A stretch of 64,000 bases of DNA. Source: Candidatus Marsarchaeota archaeon. Lineage in GTDB: Archaea; Micrarchaeota; Micrarchaeia; Micrarchaeales; Micrarchaeaceae. Position 1 is the first letter of the stretch. Each line of letters starts with the position of its first letter. The notes below the pieces were generated by a model. The model saw only the letters and a list, made by a program, of their open reading frames with translations. It ran no database searches and had not been told where the DNA came from. The stretch spans positions 2,046 through 66,045 of the forward strand of contig JAMCYG010000018.1 in assembly GCA_023473425.1 (NCBI GenBank), given 5' to 3'. Shown here in pieces: positions 37,381 to 47,713 of this stretch. Made by a program: the position numbers and the translations under genes.

Positions 37381-40300
37381 TTCTGTGGATATAAACGCGT
37401 ACTTCAACATGCTCTCAGAGGATTTTGATGCAGCGTACGCGATAGCGACAAAGGCAAGAAACCGCGGCTTCGATCCCGAAACGTTTGTTGAAATAAAACC
37501 CGCTCCAGACCTCGCGTCCAGGGTCGAGGGAATACTGAATGTTGAAGGGCTAGCCGACTTAATAAGGAGCAAGTCTGCAGGCCAGTCGAACAGGGCGCTT
37601 GCATTTGACATAGTAAGGGACTTATGCATAAATCCCAAGTTCAAAAAGGGCACAGTTGAGGGTCAGCTGACACTCGCACTCAGAGCAGGATTATCAATAT
37701 TGACTGATGGGGTGTTGGTAGCCCCCACAGAAGGCATACAGGGCGTGAAACTGCATAAGAATCCTGACGGGTCCACGTACGCGGCAGTAGTGTACGCTGG
37801 GCCGATAAGAGGAGCAGGAGGTACTGCAGCTGCACTATCCGTAGGTCTGGCAGACCTTGGAAGACAGATACTTGGGATAGACAACTACAAGCCCCAGCCT
37901 GCTGAAGTAGATAGATATCTCGAAGAGATAGACCTGTACGACTCCAGAATAACCAACCTCCAATACAGGCCTAGCGATGAAGATACTAGGGTGATACTTG
38001 AGAACTGCCCGGTATGCATAGATGGGCTTGCAACGCACGATATGGAAATAGGCGTGCACAGGAATGTAAAGAGGCTGGATGCAGAGGGTAAGGAAGAGAT
38101 TATACCTAACAAGATAAGGGGTGCGCTCGGCCTTGTAATTTGCGAGGGAATAGCACAAAAAGCAAAGAACGTACTGAAGTATACTAAGGCCGCCGGACTT
38201 GATTGGGGATGGCTCAACAATGTAATAAAAGTGAGCAAGCAGCAGGAAAAAGGCACGGAAAAGTCCCAGGACAAAAAGAGCAGCGTGTTCCTGCAGGACC
38301 TTGTTGGTGGAAGGCCGATACTCTCATATCCTGATGCACGGGGAGCATTCAGGCTCAGATATGGCAGGTCGAGGCTGACGGGAATAGCTGCAAAGGGTTT
38401 CAGCCCCGCAACCATGATAATTCTCGATGAGTTCATAGCAACCGGGACGCAAGTGAAGGTTGAGAGCCCTGGAAAAGGGTGCATAGCCATGCCTGTGGAC
38501 AGCATAGAGGGACCGTTCGTCAAGCTGTCAAACGGGGAAGCTTTCAGGGTTAACAGCGCCGAGAAGGCTAACGAGGTGAGAAGCCTAATAACAAAGATAC
38601 TTTCAGTCGGTGACATGCTAGTGACGTATGGCGACTTCAAGAAGACAAACACACCTCTGCTCCCTTCGAGCTATGTTGAAGAGTATTGGTACGAGCAGCT
38701 GAAGGAGAAAGGATATGAGGGAAGCATGCCTAAGCCTACAAACTTTAAGGAAGCATTCGAGCTGTCAAAAAGATATGGAGTGCCAATGCACCCTCTTTAT
38801 ATATACGACTATTCCGACCTAGATATCTCGGAGCTGCGGGAACTCGCGCGCGGGATTGCAAAGGCAGATGTTGATGCTGAGAGTGTGTTCGCCGTCAGGG
38901 AGCTAAAAATAAAAGACAATGTGGATTATTCTAGGGAAGCGGTAGAGAAGTTATGCGTGCCGCACTACGACGACGGCGCGACCATAATACTGAGAGGCAG
39001 TGATGCACAGTCGCTTCTCATGACGCTAGGCTTTGCGGGAGATGATGGAAGATTGATGATGAAGGGGAGCATTGCCGACACTTATTCTGATGAACAGACG
39101 GCGCTGGAGGCAGTGAACGCGCACGCACCTTATATGATAATGAGGAGAGCAACGCGACTCGGAGGCAGGATAGGCAGACCAGAAAAAGCAAAGGAGAGGC
39201 TGATGAAGCCGGCACCCAATCTCTTATTCCCGATAGGAGAGTATGGAGGCAAGGAAAGGAATCTGTATAAGGCTTATATAATAGCCACAAAGAAGTTCGG
39301 TGACAGTAGGATAAGTGCAGAGGTAGTCAGGTACAGATGCCCTGTTGGTAAGGAGATAATGATGTATCCTTATTGCAGGGAGCACAAGGTAAGAGGGGTA
39401 ATAGAAAAGGTATGCAAACGCTGCGGAAAGACGAGCAAGGAAAGCGTGTGCCCAAGCTGCGGAGGACCAACTTCTGGCAGCGAGACGCAGGGTATAGACC
39501 TGATATCGATGATCAACGAGGCAGTTTCCAATCTTGATAGAGGAGCAGGAATACCTAGGATGCTGAAAGGTGTGAAGGGGCTCTCCAGTGCGGACAAGAT
39601 AGTTGAGCCAATAGAGAAAGGCGTTCTTAGGAGCATGAATGGAGTTTACATATTCAAAGATGGGACTGCGAGGTTCGATGCTACTGATGCTCCGATAACG
39701 CACTTCTATCCTGATGAGATAGGCCTGAGTGTAGAAAGGGCACGGGAGCTCGGTTATGAAAAGGATTTTGAGGGCAATGAGCTGACGAGCGGGAACCAAC
39801 TCGTCGAGTTAAGGCACCAGGATGTGATAATAAACAGCAGGGCCGCAGAGTACATGGCCAGGGTGGCCAGCTTCATAGATCAGCTACTTGTGGATTACTA
39901 TAAACTTGAGCCGTACTACGGAATAAGTTCGAAAGAGGGGCTCATAGGCCAGCTCGTGATTACTCTATCGCCCCATACGTCTGCAGGTGTGTTGGGCAGG
40001 ATAATAGGTTTTACAGATGCCAAGGTGGGGCTAGCTCACCCATACACCATATCGGCAAGAAGAAGGAACTGCGACGGGGATGAGGACACGATGATGCTGC
40101 TACTCGATGCACTGATAAACTTCTCGAAAAGATACCTGCCGACGACCGTAGGCGGGACCATGGATGCACCACTTATACTAAGCGTAAAGGTGCATCCTGA
40201 AGAAGTCGACGATGAGGTGCATGAGATGGAGACGGTCAGCAGCTATGGCCTGAAGTTCTACGAAGACACCCTGAACGGAATGGCACCGCCAGATGTAAAG

Positions 40301-40837
40301 GTGGACATAGTCGCAAATAGGCTAAAGAGCGAGTCAATATACAGTAATTTGATGTTCACACACTCGAGTTCGGCCAGGGCGATTGCAGATGCACCGAAAC
40401 AGAGCGTCTACACGAAGCTGAAAACCATGCAGGAGAAGGTAGAGCTGCAATTCAGGCTGATGGACAAGCTTGAGAGTATAGACAAGGCAGATTCAGCGAA
40501 GAGGCTGATAATGAGCCACTTCATACCAGACCTCATCGGCAACCTCCACTCGTTCTCTAAGCAGACATTCAGATGCATAGCCTGCAATGCAAAATACAGG
40601 AGGGTACCGCTTTCTGGTGTGTGCACCAGATGCGGGGGTAAGCTCGTCCTGACGATATCGAAAGGAGGGATAGAAAAGTACCTGATAATGGCCACTGACC
40701 TCGCTGATAGATATAATATCGAACCTTACATAAAACAGAGGCTGGCGCTAATAAGGGAAGAGATAGAGAATGTATTCGGAGGCGTAGGCGCGAAATCGAT
40801 ACCCACGAGGCAGTTCAACTTGTCCACATTCATGTGA
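37373..40837 (+). CDS. polC: DNA polymerase II (PolD) large subunit DP2
   Basis: 1154 aa with conserved DP2 blocks (RNCDGDEDTMMLLLD catalytic region) and Cys clusters (CKRCGK..CPSCGG; CIACNAKYRR..CTRCGG). It overlaps DP1 by 8 nt. No intein-sized insertion. Confidence 0.9.
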   Translation: MDDSVDINAYFNMLSEDFDAAYAIATKARNRGFDPETFVEIKPAPDLASRVEGILNVEGLADLIRSKSAGQSNRALAFDIVRDLCINPKFKKGTVEGQLTLALRAGLSILTDGVLVAPTEGIQGVKLHKNPDGSTYAAVVYAGPIRGAGGTAAALSVGLADLGRQILGIDNYKPQPAEVDRYLEEIDLYDSRITNLQYRPSDEDTRVILENCPVCIDGLATHDMEIGVHRNVKRLDAEGKEEIIPNKIRGALGLVICEGIAQKAKNVLKYTKAAGLDWGWLNNVIKVSKQQEKGTEKSQDKKSSVFLQDLVGGRPILSYPDARGAFRLRYGRSRLTGIAAKGFSPATMIILDEFIATGTQVKVESPGKGCIAMPVDSIEGPFVKLSNGEAFRVNSAEKANEVRSLITKILSVGDMLVTYGDFKKTNTPLLPSSYVEEYWYEQLKEKGYEGSMPKPTNFKEAFELSKRYGVPMHPLYIYDYSDLDISELRELARGIAKADVDAESVFAVRELKIKDNVDYSREAVEKLCVPHYDDGATIILRGSDAQSLLMTLGFAGDDGRLMMKGSIADTYSDEQTALEAVNAHAPYMIMRRATRLGGRIGRPEKAKERLMKPAPNLLFPIGEYGGKERNLYKAYIIATKKFGDSRISAEVVRYRCPVGKEIMMYPYCREHKVRGVIEKVCKRCGKTSKESVCPSCGGPTSGSETQGIDLISMINEAVSNLDRGAGIPRMLKGVKGLSSADKIVEPIEKGVLRSMNGVYIFKDGTARFDATDAPITHFYPDEIGLSVERARELGYEKDFEGNELTSGNQLVELRHQDVIINSRAAEYMARVASFIDQLLVDYYKLEPYYGISSKEGLIGQLVITLSPHTSAGVLGRIIGFTDAKVGLAHPYTISARRRNCDGDEDTMMLLLDALINFSKRYLPTTVGGTMDAPLILSVKVHPEEVDDEVHEMETVSSYGLKFYEDTLNGMAPPDVKVDIVANRLKSESIYSNLMFTHSSSARAIADAPKQSVYTKLKTMQEKVELQFRLMDKLESIDKADSAKRLIMSHFIPDLIGNLHSFSKQTFRCIACNAKYRRVPLSGVCTRCGGKLVLTISKGGIEKYLIMATDLADRYNIEPYIKQRLALIREEIENVFGGVGAKSIPTRQFNLSTFM

Positions 40838-40844
40838 TTTGGGG

Positions 40845-41624
40845 CTATCCCCATACATCTGCTTTTACCTTCTCCTTTGGAACGTTGAGCTGCGTAAGGA
40901 CATCCTGGACCGCTTTTACAAACCCTAAGGGGCCGCATATGTAAGCGGTCCTATCCATGAAGTCAGGCGCATGCTTCTTCACCATTTCGGCTGAAACGTG
41001 TCCAGTCTCGCCGATCCAGCCGGCGGAGCGCTCCTCAGTTGGTCTCGTAACGCATATTACCATCTTTAACTTGAGGGCCGCCTCAAGCTCCTTCAACTCG
41101 TCCTTCCGTATTATCTCGTCAGGGTACCTGACGCTATAGAGTAGCACAACGTCGTTGTCGTACCCGTTTATCCTCAGCTCGCGCAGCATTGACATGAATG
41201 GGGCGAGACCCGTGCCTCCTGCTATGAAGAGCACTTTACGATCCTCTTTTGGCACGAACCGGAACTGGCCATAGGGGCCTGTTACGGTGTATATGTCGCC
41301 CACCTTGGCGCTATCCAGCTTGGAGGTGAACCTGCCATGTATCATATGTATCTCGAACTCCAATTCATCCGAGTTCGGAGCTGATGCGATTGAGAAAGCC
41401 CGGGTTATTTTCTGCTCGGTGCCTTTTCCAGGCCACGTCAGCATGACGAACATGCCCGGATCGAATGCGAGCTTGGAGCCGTCCTCTGACTTGAACCTGA
41501 AAGTATCGACGTCCGGCGTCTCCTTTATTATCTCTGCGAGCCTGTAAGGTTTGTTTACTATAGAAGGCGGTTGTACTGCCATCGTGATCACTGGTGCACT
41601 GCTTCGTAAGTCTGTTGAAGCCAT
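40845..41624 (-). CDS. ferredoxin-NADP reductase-family FAD/NAD(P)-binding oxidoreductase
   Basis: RAFSIAS (R-x-Y/F-S FAD motif) and LFIAGGTGLAPFMSML (NAD(P) binding). 259 aa with no FeS domain. Confidence 0.7.
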   Translation of the reverse strand: MASTDLRSSAPVITMAVQPPSIVNKPYRLAEIIKETPDVDTFRFKSEDGSKLAFDPGMFVMLTWPGKGTEQKITRAFSIASAPNSDELEFEIHMIHGRFTSKLDSAKVGDIYTVTGPYGQFRFVPKEDRKVLFIAGGTGLAPFMSMLRELRINGYDNDVVLLYSVRYPDEIIRKDELKELEAALKLKMVICVTRPTEERSAGWIGETGHVSAEMVKKHAPDFMDRTAYICGPLGFVKAVQDVLTQLNVPKEKVKADVWG

Positions 41625-41728
41625 TGCGTGCGTTATGGGTATAAATGTTAATTAATAAATATTCTTTTGTCGATATTATTCCTGTAACTCTATTCTGCTA
41701 CATTCTCAGTAAGGATGAAGTTGATTGT

Positions 41729-42676
41729 ATGTACTCTAAAGACGATTTGTTAAAGAGGAAGGTTAGGGATGTAAAGATAACGAAGGGTATGACGGTCAGC
41801 GGCCTCATAAACCAGATGGGCGATATAGGAGGTTTCTCCGCCCAGCACATGGTGGACAGCATAGACATAGTAGGCAAGATGTTAAAGGATAAAGATTCTT
41901 TTAATTTTCTGTCGTTCCCCGCAGATATCGTTTCAACAGGCTTAAGAGGCGTGCTTGCAGGCATGGTAAAGTACTTTGATGCAATTATAACCACAGGAGG
42001 AACACTAGACCATGACATAGCCAGAGCGACTGGCGGAATTTACAACGTTGGCTCGTTCAATGCGGATGACAAAGAGATGCACAAAGCAGGAGTATTCAGG
42101 CTTGGCAATGTGTTCATCGAGAATGAAGAGTATGGGCTGCAGCTTGAGAACGAATTCAACAAGGTGATGGACGAAATCTATGCGTCCGCGGGCCACAAGG
42201 AGGAATACAGTGCTAGTGAAATTATAAGGGAGTTTGGCAAGAGGATGAAGGATGACGGCTCCATATTAAAGCAGGCATATGACCATAATGTGCCGATATA
42301 TTGCCCTGGCATACTGGACGGTGCCTTTGGTACGCAAATGACTCTCTTCTCGCAGGATCACAAGTTCAAGCTTAACCTATTGGCGGACGAGCTCGAACTG
42401 AGCAATCTTATGTTCGACCACAAGACGACTGGCGCGCTGATGATAGGCGGCGGGATAAGCAAGCACCACGTGATATGGTGGAACCAGTTCAAAGGCGGCC
42501 TTGACTATGCTGCATACATAACTACAGCTACGCAGTATGATGGCAGCCTATCCGGTGCAAGGTTGTCTGAGGCGGTGTCATGGGGAAAGATAAAGGAAGA
42601 TGCAAGGTACGTCACAGTGGATGGTGACGCCACCATAATACTCCCTATAATCGCAGCTGCCTTGGACCTGGAATGA
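41729..42676 (+). CDS. dys: deoxyhypusine synthase
   Basis: Reads ...FLSFPADIVSTGLRGVLAGMVKYFDAIITTGGTLDHD..., ...GGGISKHH... and SGARLSEAVSWGKI. The start is taken at ATG 41729, because the upstream extension is hydrophobic junk. Confidence 0.85.
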   Translation: MYSKDDLLKRKVRDVKITKGMTVSGLINQMGDIGGFSAQHMVDSIDIVGKMLKDKDSFNFLSFPADIVSTGLRGVLAGMVKYFDAIITTGGTLDHDIARATGGIYNVGSFNADDKEMHKAGVFRLGNVFIENEEYGLQLENEFNKVMDEIYASAGHKEEYSASEIIREFGKRMKDDGSILKQAYDHNVPIYCPGILDGAFGTQMTLFSQDHKFKLNLLADELELSNLMFDHKTTGALMIGGGISKHHVIWWNQFKGGLDYAAYITTATQYDGSLSGARLSEAVSWGKIKEDARYVTVDGDATIILPIIAAALDLE

Positions 42677-42918
42677 ACAGGCAATAACGGGAGCTGCACA
42701 AAAGCGATAAATATACTCGTGACACATTATCGAGAGTAACAGCATAGGGAGGATTGCAGTGAAAAGTGGTCAATTCCAAACGCAAGGGCGCATGTAGGCG
42801 CAGTGCGTAGCGTACTTATTCTCGTCTGCGGCTGTTGCAGCAACAGTAATATAAATATAGCTGAGCTTGCCAAGTATATAGAGCCAGACTATAGCGTTTG
42901 CGCTAATTGTGTGATCTT

Positions 42919-44811
42919 ATGAAGATATTGCAACTGGATGTGAATAAGATAGAGTTTGAGCCGATAGAGCCCGAGGCAAAAAGCTACGAGAGAGCTGAGA
43001 AGAAGAGTGTGGAAATAACAGATGCTCTCGTCATGCTTGTCGCAGTGGAGAAAGGGGATACTGAGGAGTACGCAAAAAGAGCTGTGAGAGAGTCCGCTGC
43101 ATTCGCAAGGAAGCAAGGCCTGAAGAAGCTAGTGATATATCCGTTCGCACACCTTTCATCTAACCTCGAATCGCCGAAAGAGGCAATGGCGATGCTGGAG
43201 CTTATGCGTGACTTCGCCAGGAAAGAGGAAGGCATCGAGGTAATCTCTGCACCTTTTGGATGGAACAAGAGACTCAGTCTTATGATAAAAGGCCATCCAC
43301 TTGCAGAGCAGTCAAGGAGCTATACCGCAGAGGGCACTGGAAAGATCACATCAGGAGGAAAAGATTCGATTAGGCATGAAGAGGTATCCGAGGCCCTAAA
43401 GCAAGAAGAAAAGGTAGTTTCAACATGGTATATACTTACACCAGAGGCCAAACTCATTCCTGCAAAGGAATTTAATTTCGATGGACACGACATTCTCAAA
43501 AAGTTCGCGGACTATGAGATCAAAAAGGTAAGGAGCTACCAGCAGATACCGCCTCATGTAAAACTGATGCAGAAGCTGCAGCTGGTCGACTATGAACCAG
43601 GTTCAGATGCAGGTAACATGCGTTTCTATCCGAATGGAAGGCTCATCAAGGGGCTATTAGAGAAGTATGTGACTGGTAGAGTAATAGACTATGGGGCAAT
43701 AGAGGTCGAAACCCCTATCATGTATGATTATGAGCACCCAGCGCTCAAGGAATATCTAAACAGGTTTCCTTCAAGGCATTACATAGTCAAATCGGACGAC
43801 AAGGAGTTCTTCCTGAGGTTCTCTGGGGACTTCGGCCAGTTCCTCCTCATGCGCGACGCGACTGTATCTTACAAGCAATTGCCGTTCAAGTTTTATGAGA
43901 TAACAAGGTACAGTTTTAGGAGGGAACTCAGTGGTGAGGTAACGGGCTTGAAAAGGCTTAGGGCATTTACAATGCCGGATATGCACACCCTCTGCGCCGA
44001 TGTCGACCAAGCCAAGGAAGAGTTCAACAGGCAGTTCGACCTCTGCATTTCAGTACTCGATGAGATAGGCATACAAAAGGGTTCATATGAGGCTGCGATA
44101 AGGTTTACTGAAGAGTTTTGGAATGGCAATAAGAGATTCATAGAGGATCTCGTCAAGAGGTTTGGAAGGCCGGTGCTCATAGAGATGTGGAACTTTAGGT
44201 ACGCATATTTCGACCCCAAGTTCGAATTCAATATTGTAGACTCCATGAACAAGGCTTCCTCACTCTCTACAGTACAGATGGATCATGAGAATGGAAAGAG
44301 GTATAGCATGTCCTATGTGGACAACGAGGGCAACAAAAAATACCCGATAGTGCTGCATGACTCGCCAAGCGGCGCCATAGAGCGCGTGATCTATGCCTTG
44401 CTAGAGAAGGCGAGCATCGATGAGAAGAATGGCAAAACGCCGGCGCTGCCACTCTGGCTGTCTCCGACGCAGGTAAGATTCCTGCCGATATCCGAAAAAC
44501 ACGTTGACAAATGCGTACAGATAGCGAAGGGGATGGTCGCAAAAGGCATAAGGGCAGATGTGGACGATACAGATGTGACGCTTGACAAGAAGATCAGAAA
44601 CGCCGAACAGAATTGGACGCCGTACATTTGCGTGATAGGGGACAAAGAGGCCAATTCTGACAAGCTGCCAGTAAGAGTAAGGGGAAGCAGGGTGCAGAAG
44701 GAGATGGGTATCAAGGAGCTCGAAATGGAAGTGTTGGAAAAGGTTGGTAATATGCCGAAGGCGCCAATGTCTCTGTCGATGCTTCTGTCCAAAAGGCCTA
44801 TATTCAGATGA
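42919..44811 (+). CDS. thrS: threonine--tRNA ligase, archaeal type with N-terminal DTD-like editing domain
   Basis: The N-terminal MKILQLDV...VIYPFAHLS editing-domain pattern is followed by a class II catalytic core (FRRELSGEVTGLKRLRAFTMPDMH) and a C-terminal anticodon-binding domain. Confidence 0.9.
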   Translation: MKILQLDVNKIEFEPIEPEAKSYERAEKKSVEITDALVMLVAVEKGDTEEYAKRAVRESAAFARKQGLKKLVIYPFAHLSSNLESPKEAMAMLELMRDFARKEEGIEVISAPFGWNKRLSLMIKGHPLAEQSRSYTAEGTGKITSGGKDSIRHEEVSEALKQEEKVVSTWYILTPEAKLIPAKEFNFDGHDILKKFADYEIKKVRSYQQIPPHVKLMQKLQLVDYEPGSDAGNMRFYPNGRLIKGLLEKYVTGRVIDYGAIEVETPIMYDYEHPALKEYLNRFPSRHYIVKSDDKEFFLRFSGDFGQFLLMRDATVSYKQLPFKFYEITRYSFRRELSGEVTGLKRLRAFTMPDMHTLCADVDQAKEEFNRQFDLCISVLDEIGIQKGSYEAAIRFTEEFWNGNKRFIEDLVKRFGRPVLIEMWNFRYAYFDPKFEFNIVDSMNKASSLSTVQMDHENGKRYSMSYVDNEGNKKYPIVLHDSPSGAIERVIYALLEKASIDEKNGKTPALPLWLSPTQVRFLPISEKHVDKCVQIAKGMVAKGIRADVDDTDVTLDKKIRNAEQNWTPYICVIGDKEANSDKLPVRVRGSRVQKEMGIKELEMEVLEKVGNMPKAPMSLSMLLSKRPIFR

Positions 44812-44849
44812 AACAGATAGCCGCACCCGAACAGCCGAAGCAATGCAGG

Positions 44850-45614
44850 TTAGCCAAGCGCTTGGCACTTTAATATGAACGCAGTTATGTCTGCAGCAAC
44901 TTCCGCTGGCTTGTCGATGTTTGGCGAATGCCCTGCCCCTTTTATCATCTCAAGCGCGCTCCCTTTTATATTTTTGGAGAATATATTGGCATACTTCGAA
45001 TCTACGACCTTATCCTCAGAGCCCCATAGTATCAAGGTGGGCCGCGATATACTTGAGAGAATGTCGCTGTTTAACTCCTCTATCAGAGGATTTGAATCTA
45101 AGATGCTCTCTATCACATGCCTTTCATTGTTGCCGTAAGCCATAGCTTCGTCTATCATCCGCTGCCTGATATTTGCGCGGTTCGGAGACCTGGACAATTC
45201 TGCGATATATTCGTGCAGGCCTGCAGGTGAGATAAGTATAAGCCCCTTGAGAGGGAAAGGCATTGACGCATAATGTGCTGCGACCCAGCCACCATAGGAA
45301 TGGCCCACGACATAGCCTGGCGCACTGCCTTCCTGCAGCGCTATGAACTCCCTGAACATCTGCGCATGCAGCGTAGCTCCGTATCCGAGTTCGGGTTTCT
45401 CTGATCCGCCAAACCCGAGCATGTCGATAAGATATACGTCAGCAGTGTCAGGCAGGTATTCCACAGTTTTCGACCACTCCTCTGCGCTGGATCCAAGACC
45501 GTGCAAGAAAGTTATTGGCGCACCAGTGCCTGCATGGTGCATGTATCGCATGCCACCCATTGAGACGTGGCACATGCCCTCTTCAAAATCGCTCTTATAA
45601 TCCAAATACCACAC
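44850..45614 (-). CDS. alpha/beta-fold hydrolase
   Basis: HGLGSS oxyanion region, nucleophile elbow GHSYGG and a C-terminal GAGHSP His. Confidence 0.75.
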   Translation of the reverse strand: MWYLDYKSDFEEGMCHVSMGGMRYMHHAGTGAPITFLHGLGSSAEEWSKTVEYLPDTADVYLIDMLGFGGSEKPELGYGATLHAQMFREFIALQEGSAPGYVVGHSYGGWVAAHYASMPFPLKGLILISPAGLHEYIAELSRSPNRANIRQRMIDEAMAYGNNERHVIESILDSNPLIEELNSDILSSISRPTLILWGSEDKVVDSKYANIFSKNIKGSALEMIKGAGHSPNIDKPAEVAADITAFILKCQALG

Positions 45615-45628
45615 CCAACATAAATTGA

Positions 45629-46942
45629 TTATTTGCCTGAGGCGGCAGCCTTGCCCGATGCAGATGCCGAAGATGTGGGAGGCGGCTGCAGCGCGGCGGT
45701 AGGCTTGTACGTCACGAAAACACCGATTGTAAAGGCGATGTTTGTGAACAGTATTACCAAGAATATAAGGTCAACGAACCCAGGTATAACTATACCATAT
45801 ATCAGTGGCACTGTTGCTATTATCGCTGGTGATAGCCCTCGGGGTATATTGAAGTAAATCAGCGACTTTTCTACAGGCCCTATCTTCTTATCTGTCGATA
45901 TTATCTTGCCCAGCAATGGAGTGAGCGGTATTCTTATTAGGAACACTAAAAGGGTTAGAATAAATGCTATAGCAAGATAGGTGTAGTTTATGCTGTTTAT
46001 GTTGAATAGCAGCCCTATGTACACAAAAAAGAAGGTGCTGACGAAGAATACCACCTCTCTCTGATACTCGGTGGTGTGCTCCACGTCCTGCTTCGTTGCA
46101 AAGTACTTACCCAATGGATCGTGTACGCGACCGTCTGTCACACTCTTTCTGGACCCAATATTGGCGAATAGTATGCCGAACACGAACACTGCGATTGTGC
46201 TGTTCAGTCCGGTGTATGCTGCTATGCCATAAGTGGCTATAATCATTGTTATGGTCAGTACCCAACTATAGTCCTGGCTGTAGTCGCCAAACCTGTTGAG
46301 TATGTACAGCCAGAAGAAGGCTGATATGACGCCGAGCAGCGCACCGCCCACAAGCTGGGTAAATATGCTGTCGCCGAGAGAAGAAAGTGTGATTGATGCT
46401 GGATTAACTACTATACCTATGAGTGTCAGCGGAACTATGAGCTGGAGCACATCGCTTATGGTGCTTTCGTATACCATAGTAGTCTTTATGTTGTCACTCA
46501 CGTTGAGCTTTTTCACCAGCGTGGGTATAATTATTGTGCTAGGCCCTGAAATCGCAAAGCCAAAGATAAGTGAGTATATTATGGACCATCCCAAAAATAA
46601 GTGCATAAGGAATGCAGTTATGAATCCTATCAATATCTGCGTGACGAACAGGAACCTCGTAGCTCCTATCAGCACTTTGCTCAGGCTCTTGAACCTTATG
46701 TTTAGGCCTACATCGAAAAGGACGAAGGATACTGCAATCGCTATTATGTAAGGGGTAAGGATGGCTATAGTGCTGTTCGGGGATGTATTGATGAGATGCA
46801 GAACAGGGCCTATTATCAAACCTATAAGCATGAGAGGTATTACGGTTGTTATCCTTATCCTATCGAATAGCGCAAATATTGTGAATCCTAAGAACGAAAC
46901 TGCAGCTATGAATATGAACGCCGGACCTACAGATAACACCAT
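45629..46942 (-). CDS. cation:proton antiporter (Na+/H+ exchanger family)
   Basis: 437 aa with about 12 TM helices and CPA-type patterns (LFDVGLN, ISGPSTII). Ala/Ser/Pro-rich tail. Confidence 0.7.
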   Translation of the reverse strand: MVLSVGPAFIFIAAVSFLGFTIFALFDRIRITTVIPLMLIGLIIGPVLHLINTSPNSTIAILTPYIIAIAVSFVLFDVGLNIRFKSLSKVLIGATRFLFVTQILIGFITAFLMHLFLGWSIIYSLIFGFAISGPSTIIIPTLVKKLNVSDNIKTTMVYESTISDVLQLIVPLTLIGIVVNPASITLSSLGDSIFTQLVGGALLGVISAFFWLYILNRFGDYSQDYSWVLTITMIIATYGIAAYTGLNSTIAVFVFGILFANIGSRKSVTDGRVHDPLGKYFATKQDVEHTTEYQREVVFFVSTFFFVYIGLLFNINSINYTYLAIAFILTLLVFLIRIPLTPLLGKIISTDKKIGPVEKSLIYFNIPRGLSPAIIATVPLIYGIVIPGFVDLIFLVILFTNIAFTIGVFVTYKPTAALQPPPTSSASASGKAAASGK

Positions 46943-46988
46943 CAGATGACCCTTTTTGCACCTTTGATAACGTCACTACCAATTGATT

Positions 46989-47612
46989 TTAATCATTTAA
47001 ATGTTTGCGCCTGATTCCACGGTGCATAGCGCTTGGGTGGGAATTGATCGTATCTTCCGAGACCTCTTCTTCCAGCTCCTCTATTATGAAAACGACCCTT
47101 TCAAGCGTGAACCTGAGCAGGATGAGCAGCAGGGCTCCTGCCATCACAACAAGCATGCCGAGCACGTCTATATGAAATATCACAAAGGCGAACGCGATTG
47201 CAACTGCTGGTGCATGCTGACTATCAGTAATGTACAGCAGCACGGAAACCACGAATATTACTGCTGCTGCAGTGACATACAGAGGCACATACGCAAGCAT
47301 CAGCGACCCGCAAAAGCCCACTACGCCACCTATGACATAGCTCTTGACGAACCTAGACACCTTTGCGCTCTTAGCCTTAGGGGTCATGAAAAGTATGAAT
47401 GCACTTGATGCAAACGATGCAAATATTATGGCTGTGGTGCCGACCCCGTATGCGAGGTCGAAATGGAAGTAATCCAGTGCTATGAGTATTATCATCATGC
47501 TTATCGCGGTAAGAATCGCCGGGACCGCGACGTTCCTGAGCTTGATTTCCCAGTATCTGGGTCCGTGCCTCACATGTCTTGCTTGCCTGCTTTTTGCTTG
47601 CTCCTTTTGCAT
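46989..47612 (-). CDS. HPP-family membrane protein
   Basis: 207 aa with four to five TM helices and a DSQHAPAVA segment resembling the HPP(A)GA signature. Confidence 0.5.
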   Translation of the reverse strand: MQKEQAKSRQARHVRHGPRYWEIKLRNVAVPAILTAISMMIILIALDYFHFDLAYGVGTTAIIFASFASSAFILFMTPKAKSAKVSRFVKSYVIGGVVGFCGSLMLAYVPLYVTAAAVIFVVSVLLYITDSQHAPAVAIAFAFVIFHIDVLGMLVVMAGALLLILLRFTLERVVFIIEELEEEVSEDTINSHPSAMHRGIRRKHLND

Positions 47613-47713
47613 CCGATCGCCGGTTTAGCCGCTAGATAGAGCGAAACGAAACAATAAATTAGTATCCACCGTTAGAGATTTATACATCCGCTCGAATTAG
47701 GAATTGTGATAGG

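Noticed and set aside
37885-38652. 255-aa antisense ORF inside the PolD large subunit gene, and similar long antisense ORFs at 22919..23563, 39224..39799, 31850..32431, 8026..8487 and 14399..14983
   Set aside because: Each lies entirely within a confidently identified gene on the opposite strand. They have low-complexity Ser/Leu/Pro-rich composition and no recognisable motifs, as expected for shadow ORFs.
41645-41728. Upstream extension of deoxyhypusine synthase, and a similar one for thrS (42907..42918)
   Set aside because: The extensions add hydrophobic or non-conserved residues. The conserved N-termini begin at the internal ATGs (41729 and 42919).
42759-42797. The 12-codon upstream ORF as a Thr-codon attenuation leader for thrS
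   Set aside because: It contains only a single Thr codon and no obvious alternative terminator/antiterminator hairpins. It is kept only as part of the coupled-ORF observation.
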